A stretch of DNA of 64,000 nt, taken from a virus. Below, one piece after another: positions 42,282 through 52,483 of this stretch. Under the pieces are notes generated by a model, which had not been told where the DNA came from, did no database searches, and saw only the letters and a program-made list of their open reading frames with translations. The stretch covers positions 43,198-107,197 of the IMG/VR virus record IMGVR_UViG_3300041955_000884; one strand, written 5' to 3'. Each line of letters opens with the position of its first letter. The stretch's first letter is position 1. A program made the position numbers and the translations under genes.

Positions 42282-43988
42282 CTAGCTCGGCGGCGCTGGC
42301 AATCCAGAAGATGGCGCGAAAGGCGTCGCTGGCATTTCGACATTTGCCGCCGTCGGCCGATCGCAGGTTACCTCCATGACGCCAAGATGAGTCGTGGCAT
42401 ACGTAACGTCGAGGTCGCACCATGCAGTGAACCCCGCCTCCCTGGCCTTGACAATCATGAACAGGTCTTCGGAAAAGTAGCGCTCAGGGCTGCCGGAGTC
42501 GACCGCGACCTCGTAATTATCCATCAACCAAGCACCGAACGGCGTGGCGTCAATCGAGGCGAGCACGTCATCTGGTGGGACCTTCGTGAAATACTCCCGC
42601 ATCTGGTTTTTGAACGCGTCGAGGTTGTCTTTCCCAGCCCAGCGGTAGCATTCCGCGTACCATGGCCATCCGAGCCGACGATATATATCGGCCCTGACGA
42701 GCAGTACGCCTCCCGGCAAAAGCTCGGCTTCAACGAGGCCACCCTTCGCCAACTCCTCCGGCGGCGGCGGAGGTCCCTTGAGCCGGCCGAGCGTGGAGTA
42801 CGGCTTCGTTCTCCGATTGTACGTGGCGCCGACAATATCTTTGTTGTGCCGCAGAAACTTGACAATAGTGTCTGGCGGCACGACCATGTCGCTGTCCAAC
42901 CAGAAAACATAGTCGCAGTTCTGCTCAAGGGCTATCTGCACGATACTGTTCCTACCGTGCGTGACAGACGAAGTCTGAACGTTGAGTAGCGTGCAATCCA
43001 GGCCTGCAAGTGATGTATAGCTGGCCAGCGCCGCGATGCAGTTGGCGGTGGTCGCCTCGTACGTTCTACCACTTGGGGTTGCAATGGCAACCCGCAACTT
43101 CCTCGGCTGCTGTTTGGCGAGGTCGGCCATCATCTTCACGGCGTGGGCCTTGACCTCAGCATACGCGGCGTAGGGCGGCTCGGCGCCAGCGGGGGCGGCC
43201 CAGCGCTCCAGGAAGGCGGGGTGCTTGAGGTGCGCGATGCGGGCTGCGGCGATTTGCTGGCGGCGCGGCAGATCGGCCAGGGCGCGCTTGCCTTCATCGC
43301 CCTCCTTCCCCCAGGCAGCCTCGATGAGTTGGATGCCCTCCTTCAGCCGGACGGGATTGAGGGCGTGGAAGAAGTCGCACCAGAAGGGAAGCTCGTAGCG
43401 ACCGCCGGTGGTGTCGCCCTGGCCATCGGGGGCGCCGAGCTTCACGTCAATCTCGAAGCGGACGCCGAGGAGAACGCCGAGCTGGTCCCAATGGGTGTCG
43501 ATGAACCAATAGGGGTAGCAGGGCGGCATCACGAAGCCGACGGCGCGCTCCATCTGGCGGGTGATGATGGGGAAGGCGGCGTGGTCGGGATGGAAGTCGT
43601 CCTTGGGGTAAGCGACGCCGATGCCGTTCGGGAGCTTCGCGACGGCCTCGCGGAACTTCGCCGGCCAGCCATCGGTCTCCATGACGCGGTCGTTGGCGCA
43701 GAACCAGAGGATGTCGCCCTTGGCCTCGAGGGCGAGCTGGTTGATCTTCTGCCCGAGCGTGAGCGGGCGTGGCCAGCGGAACACGTGGACATTGTGGCGG
43801 AAGGGCGGCTCGTCGGCCGAATGCGTCTCATCGTCCTCGTCTATGGCGATGCACGCTTCCCACCGCTGGTCATCGCCTGCGGTGTCAACGAGTGAGTAGA
43901 TAAGGCGCCGCAGCCCGTCCGGTCGCCCTCTCTCGGGGATGAGGACGGAAATCATCGGCTTCTCGCGGCGCAGTCTGGCCTCGCCCAT
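42282..43988 (-). CDS. Two-domain glycosyltransferase (GT2-like)
   Basis: ISVLIPERGRP...NDR...WFIDTH; second domain IATP...RNSIV...FWLDSDM...SEDLF. Confidence 0.8.
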   Translation of the reverse strand: MGEARLRREKPMISVLIPERGRPDGLRRLIYSLVDTAGDDQRWEACIAIDEDDETHSADEPPFRHNVHVFRWPRPLTLGQKINQLALEAKGDILWFCANDRVMETDGWPAKFREAVAKLPNGIGVAYPKDDFHPDHAAFPIITRQMERAVGFVMPPCYPYWFIDTHWDQLGVLLGVRFEIDVKLGAPDGQGDTTGGRYELPFWCDFFHALNPVRLKEGIQLIEAAWGKEGDEGKRALADLPRRQQIAAARIAHLKHPAFLERWAAPAGAEPPYAAYAEVKAHAVKMMADLAKQQPRKLRVAIATPSGRTYEATTANCIAALASYTSLAGLDCTLLNVQTSSVTHGRNSIVQIALEQNCDYVFWLDSDMVVPPDTIVKFLRHNKDIVGATYNRRTKPYSTLGRLKGPPPPPEELAKGGLVEAELLPGGVLLVRADIYRRLGWPWYAECYRWAGKDNLDAFKNQMREYFTKVPPDDVLASIDATPFGAWLMDNYEVAVDSGSPERYFSEDLFMIVKAREAGFTAWCDLDVTYATTHLGVMEVTCDRPTAANVEMPATPFAPSSGLPAPPS

Positions 43989-44191
43989 CAGGCGGCTTCC
44001 TTCTTCGTCATCAATTCCTCAAGGCGGCGGAGGACGCGGAGCTTGTCCCGCTTCGGCAGCCGGAGCATCGCCTGGAGGGCGGCGGTGGCCTGCCATGAGC
44101 TGAGCTTGTTCGCGGCGTTGCTCTCGCAGTCCGGCGTGCACTGGCGGTAGAGGCCGCACGGGCAACCGCCGCCGTGGTCGAACATCGCCAT
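43988..44191 (-). CDS. Hypothetical protein
   Basis: TGATG coupling. Confidence 0.5.
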   Translation of the reverse strand: MAMFDHGGGCPCGLYRQCTPDCESNAANKLSSWQATAALQAMLRLPKRDKLRVLRRLEELMTKKEAA

Positions 44192-44430
44192 CAGCCGAAC
44201 TCCAGCAGTTTGTCGGGGTGCGTGGCCTCGACGTGCGCAGCAAGCTCGGCATCGAGTTTCTCAATGACCGCTTCCAGCTCGGCAGACACGAAATTGGCGC
44301 GGCCATGCCGGCAGGCACGGATGAGCGCCCATGGCATCACCTCGTGGATGTCCACGACAGCATCGCAATAGGGGCACGACCAGGTGATGTGCGCCCTGGC
44401 GTCGCCACGCTCCGGCGGGAACGTCGCCAT
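44191..44430 (-). CDS. Hypothetical protein
   Basis: TGATG coupling; CPYC. Confidence 0.5.
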   Translation of the reverse strand: MATFPPERGDARAHITWSCPYCDAVVDIHEVMPWALIRACRHGRANFVSAELEAVIEKLDAELAAHVEATHPDKLLEFG

Positions 44431-44825
44431 CAGGAGCCGCCCGGCTTCGCCTCGTACGGCGCCGCCTCGAACAGCGCGCCGATGGCGGCCTCCGCTTCCT
44501 TGATCCAGCCGCGCCAGAATGGGGCACCATCAAGAGGATTCGGGTCGTCCGGTGAAAACCTGTAATATCTGCATTGCGGTGTCGCCGCGCAGATCGCCCT
44601 CGCCGTCGTCTCCACGGCTGGCGTGACTGGTGACGTGTCCGGTTCCAACTGAGGGTCGGCACGCAGCCATGCTGTAATCGCGGCTTTCGCGGCGTCCTCC
44701 AGCGAGCGATAGTCGGCCTCGAAGAGGTGCGGCAAATCATCGCCGTACACGACAGCACCGATGGCAGCGGCCACCTGATTCAGTCTCTTCGTGGGATCAC
44801 CGTTCCCGTGAGGATCACGCAACAT
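44430..44825 (-). CDS. Hypothetical protein
   Basis: AAGGAG SD; TGATG coupling. Confidence 0.55.
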   Translation of the reverse strand: MLRDPHGNGDPTKRLNQVAAAIGAVVYGDDLPHLFEADYRSLEDAAKAAITAWLRADPQLEPDTSPVTPAVETTARAICAATPQCRYYRFSPDDPNPLDGAPFWRGWIKEAEAAIGALFEAAPYEAKPGGS

Positions 44826-44840
44826 GCTCAGTTTCTCTCC

Positions 44841-45269
44841 TTAATGCCACGTCGCCCGTGGCATGATGAGCAGCGGCGCGGCAGCGCGGTCGAACAGCGC
44901 CGTAACGCGGTGCTCCATCTCGTCGAGCAGGAGGCAGCGCTGCTGCCAGCGGGCGGTGCGCTGGGCGACGGCAGAGCCGCCGCGGCCAGCAGCGCGGTAT
45001 TCCTTGTCAAGTTCGGTTTCGAGGCGCTCGGCGACGCGAACCGGGAACAACCAGCGCATGTCTCCACGCAGGAGCGCAAGACCGCGGAAGGCATCGCGGA
45101 GGCCGTGGACGCTCACCTTCGCCTCCAACGGTGTCCGCGCCGTCGAGCGCCGGGCAGCGAAGGCCGAGAAGCATTCCTTGAGCTTGCGGATGTGGCCGAC
45201 GCCCTCGCGCAAGCATTCACGCTCCGTGAGCGCGCGGCCTTCGCGGAGCTGGCCGTCGATTTCAGGCAT
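44841..45269 (-). CDS. Hypothetical protein
   Basis: Overlaps the upstream stop. Confidence 0.5.
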   Translation of the reverse strand: MPEIDGQLREGRALTERECLREGVGHIRKLKECFSAFAARRSTARTPLEAKVSVHGLRDAFRGLALLRGDMRWLFPVRVAERLETELDKEYRAAGRGGSAVAQRTARWQQRCLLLDEMEHRVTALFDRAAAPLLIMPRATWH

Positions 45270-45576
45270 TCGGGAAGTCCATGTCGAGCGGCTCGCCGGC
45301 CTTATCTTTGATGCTGTCTGGATTGTAACCGGCGGCACGGATCGCCTTGCTGTCCTCCTCCCATCGCACACGCGCTTTCGCGGTGCTGGAGCCAGCCACA
45401 GCCGCCCACTCGGTCTGCACGTAGAGCGGCTTGCCATCGAGTTCCATGTACACAGTGTACGCCCTGAATGGCCTCCCATCAGCATCGTAGCCCGGCACGA
45501 TGTCACCGCGATCCTCGAACAGGAACGGGACGCGCTCGTCCGGCGCGTCAGCGCGCGCTATTGTCCACTCGGTCAT
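45262..45576 (-). CDS. Small protein carrying a major-capsid-like segment
   Basis: FEDRGDIVPGYD is identical to the capsid protein; AAAGGA SD. Confidence 0.65.
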   Translation of the reverse strand: MTEWTIARADAPDERVPFLFEDRGDIVPGYDADGRPFRAYTVYMELDGKPLYVQTEWAAVAGSSTAKARVRWEEDSKAIRAAGYNPDSIKDKAGEPLDMDFPNA

Positions 45577-45745
45577 TTTCTTTCCTTTACCTTGGCCCGT
45601 TCGAAGAGTCGGCACCAGGCATTCGGTTGTATCGGCCCGACAACCAACTCGCAGGACCGCGGTGGCCGCCAGTGCTGGCAGACGGAGCAGTGGCGCACGG
45701 GCGAGCCTCGTCCGTAGTGTACTTGGGACTTTCGGAGCTTCTTGG

Positions 45746-46561
45746 TCATCCGAAGAACGTCACGCCAAGCGGGACGACGACCAGCGGCGACCGGCGACGG
45801 GCCAGCTCCGCGCGCAACTCCGATTCCGAGAAGCCGCCGACGTATGTCCGCTTGCGCTGATTTGCGGCTTGTTCCCTAGCCGTTGCCCAACGCACATTGT
45901 GAGGCTCATAGTTGCCGTCAACGTCGATCCGATCAAGCGAATGACGCTTGCTGGGACGGGGACCAGTATCCGAGAGAAAAGCCTCGAAGTCGTTTTCCCA
46001 CCTGTCGCAGACCTGGATACCACGGCCGCCGTAGTTGACGTACTCCTTTGTCTTTGGGTTCCGACACCGGCTGAGCATCGTCCGCCAGATGCCGTACTCG
46101 CTCATCGAGGACTTGCCGTGCGTGCGCCGCAAGGCGCCAATCTTTTCGACGTTAAGGCAGCCACAAGATCGCGTCGTGCCTGCCCGAAGGTTCATTTGCG
46201 CGACCTGCTTTTCCGCTCCACAATCGCAGCGGACGCCCCACGACCTCTGCGGTCCGACGCCAGAAGGACCGTTCACAACCATAAGGCGACCGAAGCGATC
46301 TCCGATGTGCACGACCGGGCAACGCTGGAGAGCCGTAAATTCCGCCTTGCGGCAACCGCACGACTTCGACCTGCCGCTCTGCAGGACCCCGATTTCGACG
46401 GAGCGCTCCTTCCCGCACACGCAGCGAACGGAGCACGCGGGCGCTGCGTCTCCATAGGGATTCGGCGCGTCCTCCAGAATGACCGTCCAGTAACCGAAAG
46501 CGTCACCGACCGCTGGCCGTGGACGACTCGACTTAGACCAGCCTTTGACGCCCTTTGGCAT
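45746..46561 (-). CDS. HNH-like homing endonuclease with repeated CxCG domains
   Basis: CVCG/CDCG...SCGC repeats; [12 protein letters not shown]; [20 protein letters not shown]. Confidence 0.88.
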   Translation of the reverse strand: MPKGVKGWSKSSRPRPAVGDAFGYWTVILEDAPNPYGDAAPACSVRCVCGKERSVEIGVLQSGRSKSCGCRKAEFTALQRCPVVHIGDRFGRLMVVNGPSGVGPQRSWGVRCDCGAEKQVAQMNLRAGTTRSCGCLNVEKIGALRRTHGKSSMSEYGIWRTMLSRCRNPKTKEYVNYGGRGIQVCDRWENDFEAFLSDTGPRPSKRHSLDRIDVDGNYEPHNVRWATAREQAANQRKRTYVGGFSESELRAELARRRSPLVVVPLGVTFFG

Positions 46562-46843
46562 CAGCCGCCGCCCTCAATGCGCTCCGGGCCCCCCGTTTCC
46601 TGGAACACTTCCGTCGCCACATGGCGGCTTAGGTTGTCCTGGACGAACGTCGGCATCAGCGAACGGCCAACTGGCCCGAATTGCGTCAGGTACGCAGTCA
46701 CAGCATCGCCGCGTTCATTCCAGGTCACCAAGGCGAACCCGGCAAGTCGCTCGTCGTGCTGCTCGATCCCGTACTTCACGCTTCGGCCAAGACACCGCCG
46801 CACCTGGGCCAGCCGCTCCTTCGCCGGCTTAATCTCCCGGATT

Positions 46844-47308
46844 TCAGCCACTGTCGCAGAGTTCCGGCTGGCGGCGGCGTAGGATGACCCAACGCTGCTC
46901 GTCAAGATGAACCGCTGGCTCGGCCACTGCCGCGTCGAAGACATCACGCTCCGCGATCTCGTCTTCCGGTTCGCAAGGCCGCGACGCCAGGATGAGGGCC
47001 GTTCCGCCGCCGGGTTCGCCCCAAGCGTAATCCAGCCACGTCATCGGCGGCACGTAGAGCGCCTCGCCAGGAATGAAGCTGAACCTGTCGCGGCGACCGC
47101 CGGTGTCGCAGTTCACGAGCAGGGCGTTGACGGCGGGCACGAGCAACAGGTGGCAGAGGCGGTAGGCGCGGGCACCAGCCCAGATGTAGGCCCGCGGCGC
47201 GCTCACGGTGAGGCAGCGCACGGCCTCGAACGGGATCGGGTCTAGCGTCGCCAGCGTGGTGCAGCCGTCCAGCTTACGCTCTGGAACGAATTTCAGGAGG
47301 CGGGTCAT
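46844..47308 (-). CDS. FdtA/QdtA (WxcM-like) cupin, sugar 3,4-ketoisomerase-like (degenerate)
   Basis: IPFEAVR...DTG...ALYVPPMTW...LILAS; the usual catalytic His residues are not evident. Confidence 0.6.
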   Translation of the reverse strand: MTRLLKFVPERKLDGCTTLATLDPIPFEAVRCLTVSAPRAYIWAGARAYRLCHLLLVPAVNALLVNCDTGGRRDRFSFIPGEALYVPPMTWLDYAWGEPGGGTALILASRPCEPEDEIAERDVFDAAVAEPAVHLDEQRWVILRRRQPELCDSG

Positions 47309-47637
47309 ACGCCGGGCTCCGCGTTGCATGTAACGGCGCCGCTACCGTCGGGCACATTGATAGTCGCCATTTCGGCGAGATAGCGGTCTACCGCTGTCCG
47401 CAACGCATTGAGGTACTCGCCACACGGCGCCAGATCGCCATCGAACTCGGCCGCGCACTTGCTGTAGGCCACGGCGCTGCCGACGACGGGGACCATCGCA
47501 TTGAAAATGCGGCCCTTTCGCTTCAGATCGGCGTTCTCCTGGCGCAGCCGTTTGGCGTCGGACGCCTGGATGCCCCACGCCTCGCGCAGGTGCGCGACGT
47601 CACGGAAGCCAGCGAGTGGGTTCGGGATGTCGGTCAT
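47305..47637 (-). CDS. Hypothetical protein
   Basis: ATGA overlap with the portal stop. Confidence 0.55.
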   Translation of the reverse strand: MTDIPNPLAGFRDVAHLREAWGIQASDAKRLRQENADLKRKGRIFNAMVPVVGSAVAYSKCAAEFDGDLAPCGEYLNALRTAVDRYLAEMATINVPDGSGAVTCNAEPGV

Positions 47638-49538
47638 GAAGCACCCGCTGGTTGCGCGCCACCACCGACGGTCGAGCCGAACCCTGTTAGAGCAGAAAGG
47701 GCACTCTGGCCACCCCCGATGTCTGCCTGCCCCAGCGTCTGCGCCGTATTCGCGGCGTGCTGGGCGGCGATCATCGCCTGGGCGGCCTGCTGCTGCTTTG
47801 CCCTGGCGGCGGCGAGTGCCTTGACCTGGTCTGGGCTGCGGATGATTTTCTTCGGGATGAACAGCACATCGGACATCTCGCGACCCCATTCGACGACGTC
47901 CCAGAGGTCAGCAATTTCCGCATGGAGCTGTTGCTGCGCATTCATCTGGTTCGCGAACTCGGTGAGCGATGCCGACATCGAGGCCTTCGAGGCCAGCGCG
48001 AGAACGCCGACGTACTCGACCCCGAGGGGGACGCCGATAAGCGAGCGCGGCAGCGGCGGCAGGAGGTTTTTCCGGTTCGCAATGGAGAACACACGGCGGA
48101 TGGCCGGACCGAGGCCCTCATTCTGGAGGCGCTCGACGACGGGACCGAGGATTTGCAGCTTCTCCTGGTTCCTAGCCGCCACCTCGTAGGCGGTCATGTC
48201 CTTCTTCGTTTGCTCCAACATAGCGAAGAGGTCGTTAAAGAATCCCTCCCTGGTCCGGTTCTGGATCATCAGGATGGTGTCGGCGAACTCCCTGATTTCC
48301 GGGTTCACGGTATAGGCTGGCCGCATGCCGACGTCAGCGGAGAGCTTCGGAACGTAGGTCAGCTTGCCCGGCAGCACGCTCGCCGGCTCGTTCTTCATCT
48401 CGATGCTAGCCAGCATCGGCGGCCGGACCATCTTCTCCTGGGCCTCGGCCATGCGGCTCGTCATCACCTGGAGCTGCAGGATGTCCGGCAGCACGTCCAT
48501 GCCGACGCTGCGGCCATAGGCGTCATTGGACGTGACGGACCAGCGGGGGCAGATGAAGGGCGGCTCATGGAAGCCGGAGAGGGCCAGCGGCCACTCGTTG
48601 GAGGCGCCCCAGACCCAGTAGGCCTCCCGCCAAGCGAAGCCGCCTGGGACGACGCCCTCGGCATCGTCCATGCCGGGGGCATTGATGGGGCTGTTCGGCT
48701 CAATGATGTGCGCCACCAGCCGCTCGACCTCGAGGGCGCCGCCTTTCTGGCGCCACATCGCCTGGACCTCGGGCGGGCAGTTCTCCAGTTCGAACATCTC
48801 CACCATGGCCGCGATGGTCATGACGAAGAGCCGGCTGAAGACGCCGACGCGGTTGCCGGATGACGAGGACAGCAGATACTCCCCGCAGCACGGGGTATAA
48901 CAGCGGATGAGGTCCTGGGCGTCCTCGTAGATGAGCATCGGCCCCGTGCCGAAGATGACCAAATCCTCAAACATCTGAGCGGCTTCGTCGTAGAAGTTCG
49001 AGCGCGCCATGATGGTATGCAACCGGTCCTCGACCTCTTCGAACCACTCGATGGCGTCCGGCGGGGCTTCGGAGCGGTCGGCCAGGGCGGGCTTGAGCTT
49101 GAACCATTGCCGCGACGGCGACATTTCGTTCGACATGATGCCAGCGGCGCAACGCCGGGCAGCGTAGGTTCCTGTCGGGTCGACGATATTCTGGTTGATC
49201 GGCATGCCGCGGATCATGGTGTTGGGCGTCGGCATGGCGGTGTTGATGAAGATACCGCGACGGGGCTGGATGTAGGCCTCAAGAAGCTGGTAGTGCATCA
49301 TCCAGGACTGGCGCCACGAGCGTTGTAAATTCACCCGCGCTTCTGAGTGATGCCGGATGACGGCCCAGTTGCTATTCGTCCCTTGGGGAGCGCGTTTTTG
49401 CTTTGGTTCCGCTGGCGTCGCCGCAAGCCGAGCGGCACTTGCACCCGCGTAAGAAAGACTCGGCCGCTTGCGTTCGGCCCGTTTTGGGCCAGGGGCCTGC
49501 GCGCGTGCCGCGCCATAGCCGACATTCGTGTCGGACAT
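47634..49538 (-). CDS. Portal (head-to-tail connector) protein, Bbp21/T7 gp8-like
   Basis: SPSRQWFKL, SNFY, DLVIFGTG, PRW...YGRS, MTAYEV...EKLQILGPVVERL. Confidence 0.93.
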   Translation of the reverse strand: MSDTNVGYGAARAQAPGPKRAERKRPSLSYAGASAARLAATPAEPKQKRAPQGTNSNWAVIRHHSEARVNLQRSWRQSWMMHYQLLEAYIQPRRGIFINTAMPTPNTMIRGMPINQNIVDPTGTYAARRCAAGIMSNEMSPSRQWFKLKPALADRSEAPPDAIEWFEEVEDRLHTIMARSNFYDEAAQMFEDLVIFGTGPMLIYEDAQDLIRCYTPCCGEYLLSSSSGNRVGVFSRLFVMTIAAMVEMFELENCPPEVQAMWRQKGGALEVERLVAHIIEPNSPINAPGMDDAEGVVPGGFAWREAYWVWGASNEWPLALSGFHEPPFICPRWSVTSNDAYGRSVGMDVLPDILQLQVMTSRMAEAQEKMVRPPMLASIEMKNEPASVLPGKLTYVPKLSADVGMRPAYTVNPEIREFADTILMIQNRTREGFFNDLFAMLEQTKKDMTAYEVAARNQEKLQILGPVVERLQNEGLGPAIRRVFSIANRKNLLPPLPRSLIGVPLGVEYVGVLALASKASMSASLTEFANQMNAQQQLHAEIADLWDVVEWGREMSDVLFIPKKIIRSPDQVKALAAARAKQQQAAQAMIAAQHAANTAQTLGQADIGGGQSALSALTGFGSTVGGGAQPAGAS

Positions 49539-50185
49539 CAGCAGGCCCCCCAGAACATCTCAATCGGGAAGTGCGGTTCGTTCCACGGCTTTGCGGGAGC
49601 TTCCCATCGCCGCTTTGCGGTCGCGGTCGCTGCGGCGCGGCGGGAGTTTTCCGCTTGCGTGATCCACTCGCAGTTGCCAGGTTCGTAATTGCCCCAGGCA
49701 TTGCGGCGTTCGATGCTCAAGTCGTCAGCATAACCATGCGAAAGCGCCCACGCCCGAAAAGTGAGGAAATCGCGCCATTCCTCGCAAACGCTGATTCCTT
49801 TCGTCCGATAGCAGGCCATCGGGTCGCCCGCTGGGCCGCAGCGCTCGCGGATAGACGCCCATATACGCCAGAGCCTGTTCTTCGAGCCTCGCTCGACGCC
49901 AACAAAGTCGCCATGCGTGGTCTTCGCCCTCGCTTGTCTCGCACCGGAGCAGGCGCGGCACCCGGGCGTCTTTGTCTGCTTTAGCCGATACGTCGCGAGG
50001 GTGACTTCCCCGCCGCAGTCGCAGGCACAGCGCCACTTCGTCGTTTGGCGCGGCTCGGCGATGCGCTCCTGAATGACAAGACGCCCGAAGCGCGCCCCGA
50101 CCTCGACGCCCAATTCGGCTATAATCGGCGCCGGCAGATCGCGGCGCTGGCGTGCGACGCCGTAGCCGACGTTGGTGTCGCTCAT
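49538..50185 (-). CDS. HNH-like homing endonuclease
   Basis: RFGRLVI...WRCACDCG...GISVCEEW...SIERRNAWGNYEPGNCEWIT. Confidence 0.85.
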   Translation of the reverse strand: MSDTNVGYGVARQRRDLPAPIIAELGVEVGARFGRLVIQERIAEPRQTTKWRCACDCGGEVTLATYRLKQTKTPGCRACSGARQARAKTTHGDFVGVERGSKNRLWRIWASIRERCGPAGDPMACYRTKGISVCEEWRDFLTFRAWALSHGYADDLSIERRNAWGNYEPGNCEWITQAENSRRAAATATAKRRWEAPAKPWNEPHFPIEMFWGAC

Positions 50186-50448
50186 GCGGCTGGTTTCCTT
50201 TCCACGACGCGGAGGGGCGCCGGCTCCTTGGGGCCGAACGGCTTCTTCGTCATCAGGCTGCCCTGGGCGATGTAGGACTCGAAAAACACGCAGAGCGAGA
50301 ACAGGTGCGGAATGGGCTGCAGCTCCGGCCTCGCGGCGATAACCTTTGCGGCGCACTCGCACGCGGTGGTCCTGGCGGCGAACGCATCCCCTTCGGTGGC
50401 CCACTCATCGTGCGCGCGGCGCTTCCGGCGCACTACCCGCTCGCTCAT
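50182..50448 (-). CDS. Hypothetical protein
   Basis: ATGA coupling. Confidence 0.5.
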   Translation of the reverse strand: MSERVVRRKRRAHDEWATEGDAFAARTTACECAAKVIAARPELQPIPHLFSLCVFFESYIAQGSLMTKKPFGPKEPAPLRVVERKPAA

Positions 50449-50681
50449 GCTGCGGCTCCGTCGAATGCGAGAAGGGGCATTCCCACGAAGCGCAGCATCA
50501 GCGCGTCGCCCACGCGCGGAAGCGGCCCGGCTCGCTGTGGCAGCCGACGCTAAGGGCGAGCGCAGAAACGGAGCTGAGAAGGCGGCGGCGGTAGGACATG
50601 GAGGCGGCGCAATCCTGGCGTCAGGTTGCGCGGCCGGGTCCTCCGTGCCGCAGTGGGGCGGAGAGTAGGCGGAACGATGGG

Positions 50682-51017
50682 CTAAATCAAGCGGGCGTTC
50701 CAGTCCGGCGGCGGCATCCAGTGCGTGACCGGCCGAAGTTCGTCGGCGCACCAGCCGGCATCAGGGTGCCAGGAGCATGCGGTCTGGAAGGACGGCAGAC
50801 CTTCGTACTCGGCCACGTAGACCCAGACCGGGCGATCGAGCGGGGCTGTGTCGATTGGCCGCCAAGTCCAATCCTGCCGTGCGCCATCCAGGCCGTGAAA
50901 CGCCTTAAACTCGCGTAGGGTGGCGCCGACGGATAGGACCGGAGGCGCCATGACAGCCGGAGCACAGAGGGCGGCGGCGAGGCCAGCGAGAAGGCCGCGG
51001 CGGTTAAGCATCGACAC
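50682..51017 (-). CDS. Hypothetical protein (DUF551-like C-terminus)
   Basis: WRPIDTAP...VTHWMP. Confidence 0.55.
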   Translation of the reverse strand: MSMLNRRGLLAGLAAALCAPAVMAPPVLSVGATLREFKAFHGLDGARQDWTWRPIDTAPLDRPVWVYVAEYEGLPSFQTACSWHPDAGWCADELRPVTHWMPPPDWNARLI

Positions 51018-51402
51018 GGTTTCCTGGGGCGCCCCTGGCGGAAAAGCGCGCGTGGGAAGCGCGAAGCGCGGAGTCTCGGACGTATTCCTCTGCGTTCCCG
51101 AAGCGAAGGCCGGGTTGCCTGCTGCTGTTGTCGTACCAGCCGCCGGCCGTAAGCCATTCGTACTGGACGCTCATCGAAGTATCATAAAAGGGATCGCCGC
51201 CGTCCCAATAGCGGTAAAGCCTACTGACAACGCCAAGTTGAACGCCGGTATCCAGGTCGAAAAGCTCATCGCCGACCCTGTACCTCGCGTAGTCGGCCAT
51301 GTGAGCGTCCATCCAGGCCTTGCGCTTCGTGAGCGCGGCCCCTACGTCGGCGTTGAGCGCGGCGAGTTCTGCGGAAAGCTGCTCAAGGTCGACCATCGGC
51401 AT
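51004..51402 (-). CDS. Hypothetical protein
   Basis: GAAGG SD; protein-like composition. Confidence 0.5.
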   Translation of the reverse strand: MPMVDLEQLSAELAALNADVGAALTKRKAWMDAHMADYARYRVGDELFDLDTGVQLGVVSRLYRYWDGGDPFYDTSMSVQYEWLTAGGWYDNSSRQPGLRFGNAEEYVRDSALRASHARFSARGAPGNRVDA

Positions 51403-51898
51403 CCTTCGGCGCGAACTCTGCGCGCCACGCTTCGAGGGACCGGCGCCAAGCGTCGCAGTCGGCAAGCCAGCGCTCTAGCGCCGCGTCGGCGATGGCGTCC
51501 GCCAGCCATGCCCGCTTGGCGGCGCGGTCGCGAGCGCGGGCGGCTATCGTGCGGCGGGGCATCAGCGCACCAGCGCATGGGTTGCCACGAAGGCCTGGGC
51601 ATGGACGAGCGCCGTCCTGGCCTCGTCGACGAGGTCGGTCGGACGCGTCCCGGTCCAGCGATGAACAGCGGCGGCGGCCTTGACGCGGCGGACGGCGACG
51701 CGGCGGTCAGCTCGGCCGGCTGCGCGCCGCGTGTGAGCTGGCTCCCGCTTGAGCCTGGCCAGCCGCCGCGCTTCCCGCGCAATCCGCCGCTTCCGGTTCT
51801 TCTCGCGCTGGCCGCGGTCGCGGTAGGCTTTGCACCGCGCGCTGTTCCGGCCGAGCTTGCGGCCCTTGGCCTTCGCTTTCTTCGGGCCGGCGATGGCC

Positions 51899-52246
51899 TC
51901 AGCCACGGCGCGGCTCCCTGCCTTCCAGCTCAGCGATGCGGTCGTAGCAGCGCTCAAGCTCGCCCTGGAAGGAGCGGCGCTCGTGGTAAGCGGCGTTGGC
52001 CTCGTGGGCGCGGCAATAGGCGGCGACGCGGGCAGCGAATGCAGCCTCCATGTGCTCCCAGAGGTCGAGCGATAGCTTCGGCGGCTGCCCGCTCCGCACC
52101 TCGGCCTCCAGCAGCCTCGCAAGCTGGCGGAAGAGCAGCCGGAACTCCAACCGCATGCGGTCCTCGCCGGGCAGGCGCTCCATCATCTCGCAGGCTGTCT
52201 CGCGGGGACGTGGCGTCGGCAATGGAGGCGCGAGGCCGACTGTCAT
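51899..52246 (-). CDS. Hypothetical protein
   Basis: ATGA coupling; GAGGAGG SD. Confidence 0.5.
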   Translation of the reverse strand: MTVGLAPPLPTPRPRETACEMMERLPGEDRMRLEFRLLFRQLARLLEAEVRSGQPPKLSLDLWEHMEAAFAARVAAYCRAHEANAAYHERRSFQGELERCYDRIAELEGREPRRG

Positions 52247-52483
52247 CGCTTCGCCTCCTCGTCGTCGGTGAATGTCTGGGCGAGTTCGACCATCCGCGCC
52301 TTCCCAGCCCGGTAGCGGTAGACGACAGTGCCGTAGAACTCCGGCGGCATCGCAGGGGCCTGGCGCAGCATGTCGCGCGGTCGAGTCGCGATGGCGCGAT
52401 GGACGGCGTCGGGAGCAGGAAGCGTGGAGCGAGGCTGAACGAGGTCGGGCACGGCGCGCGGTTCCTCCGCTATGCGAATCGGC

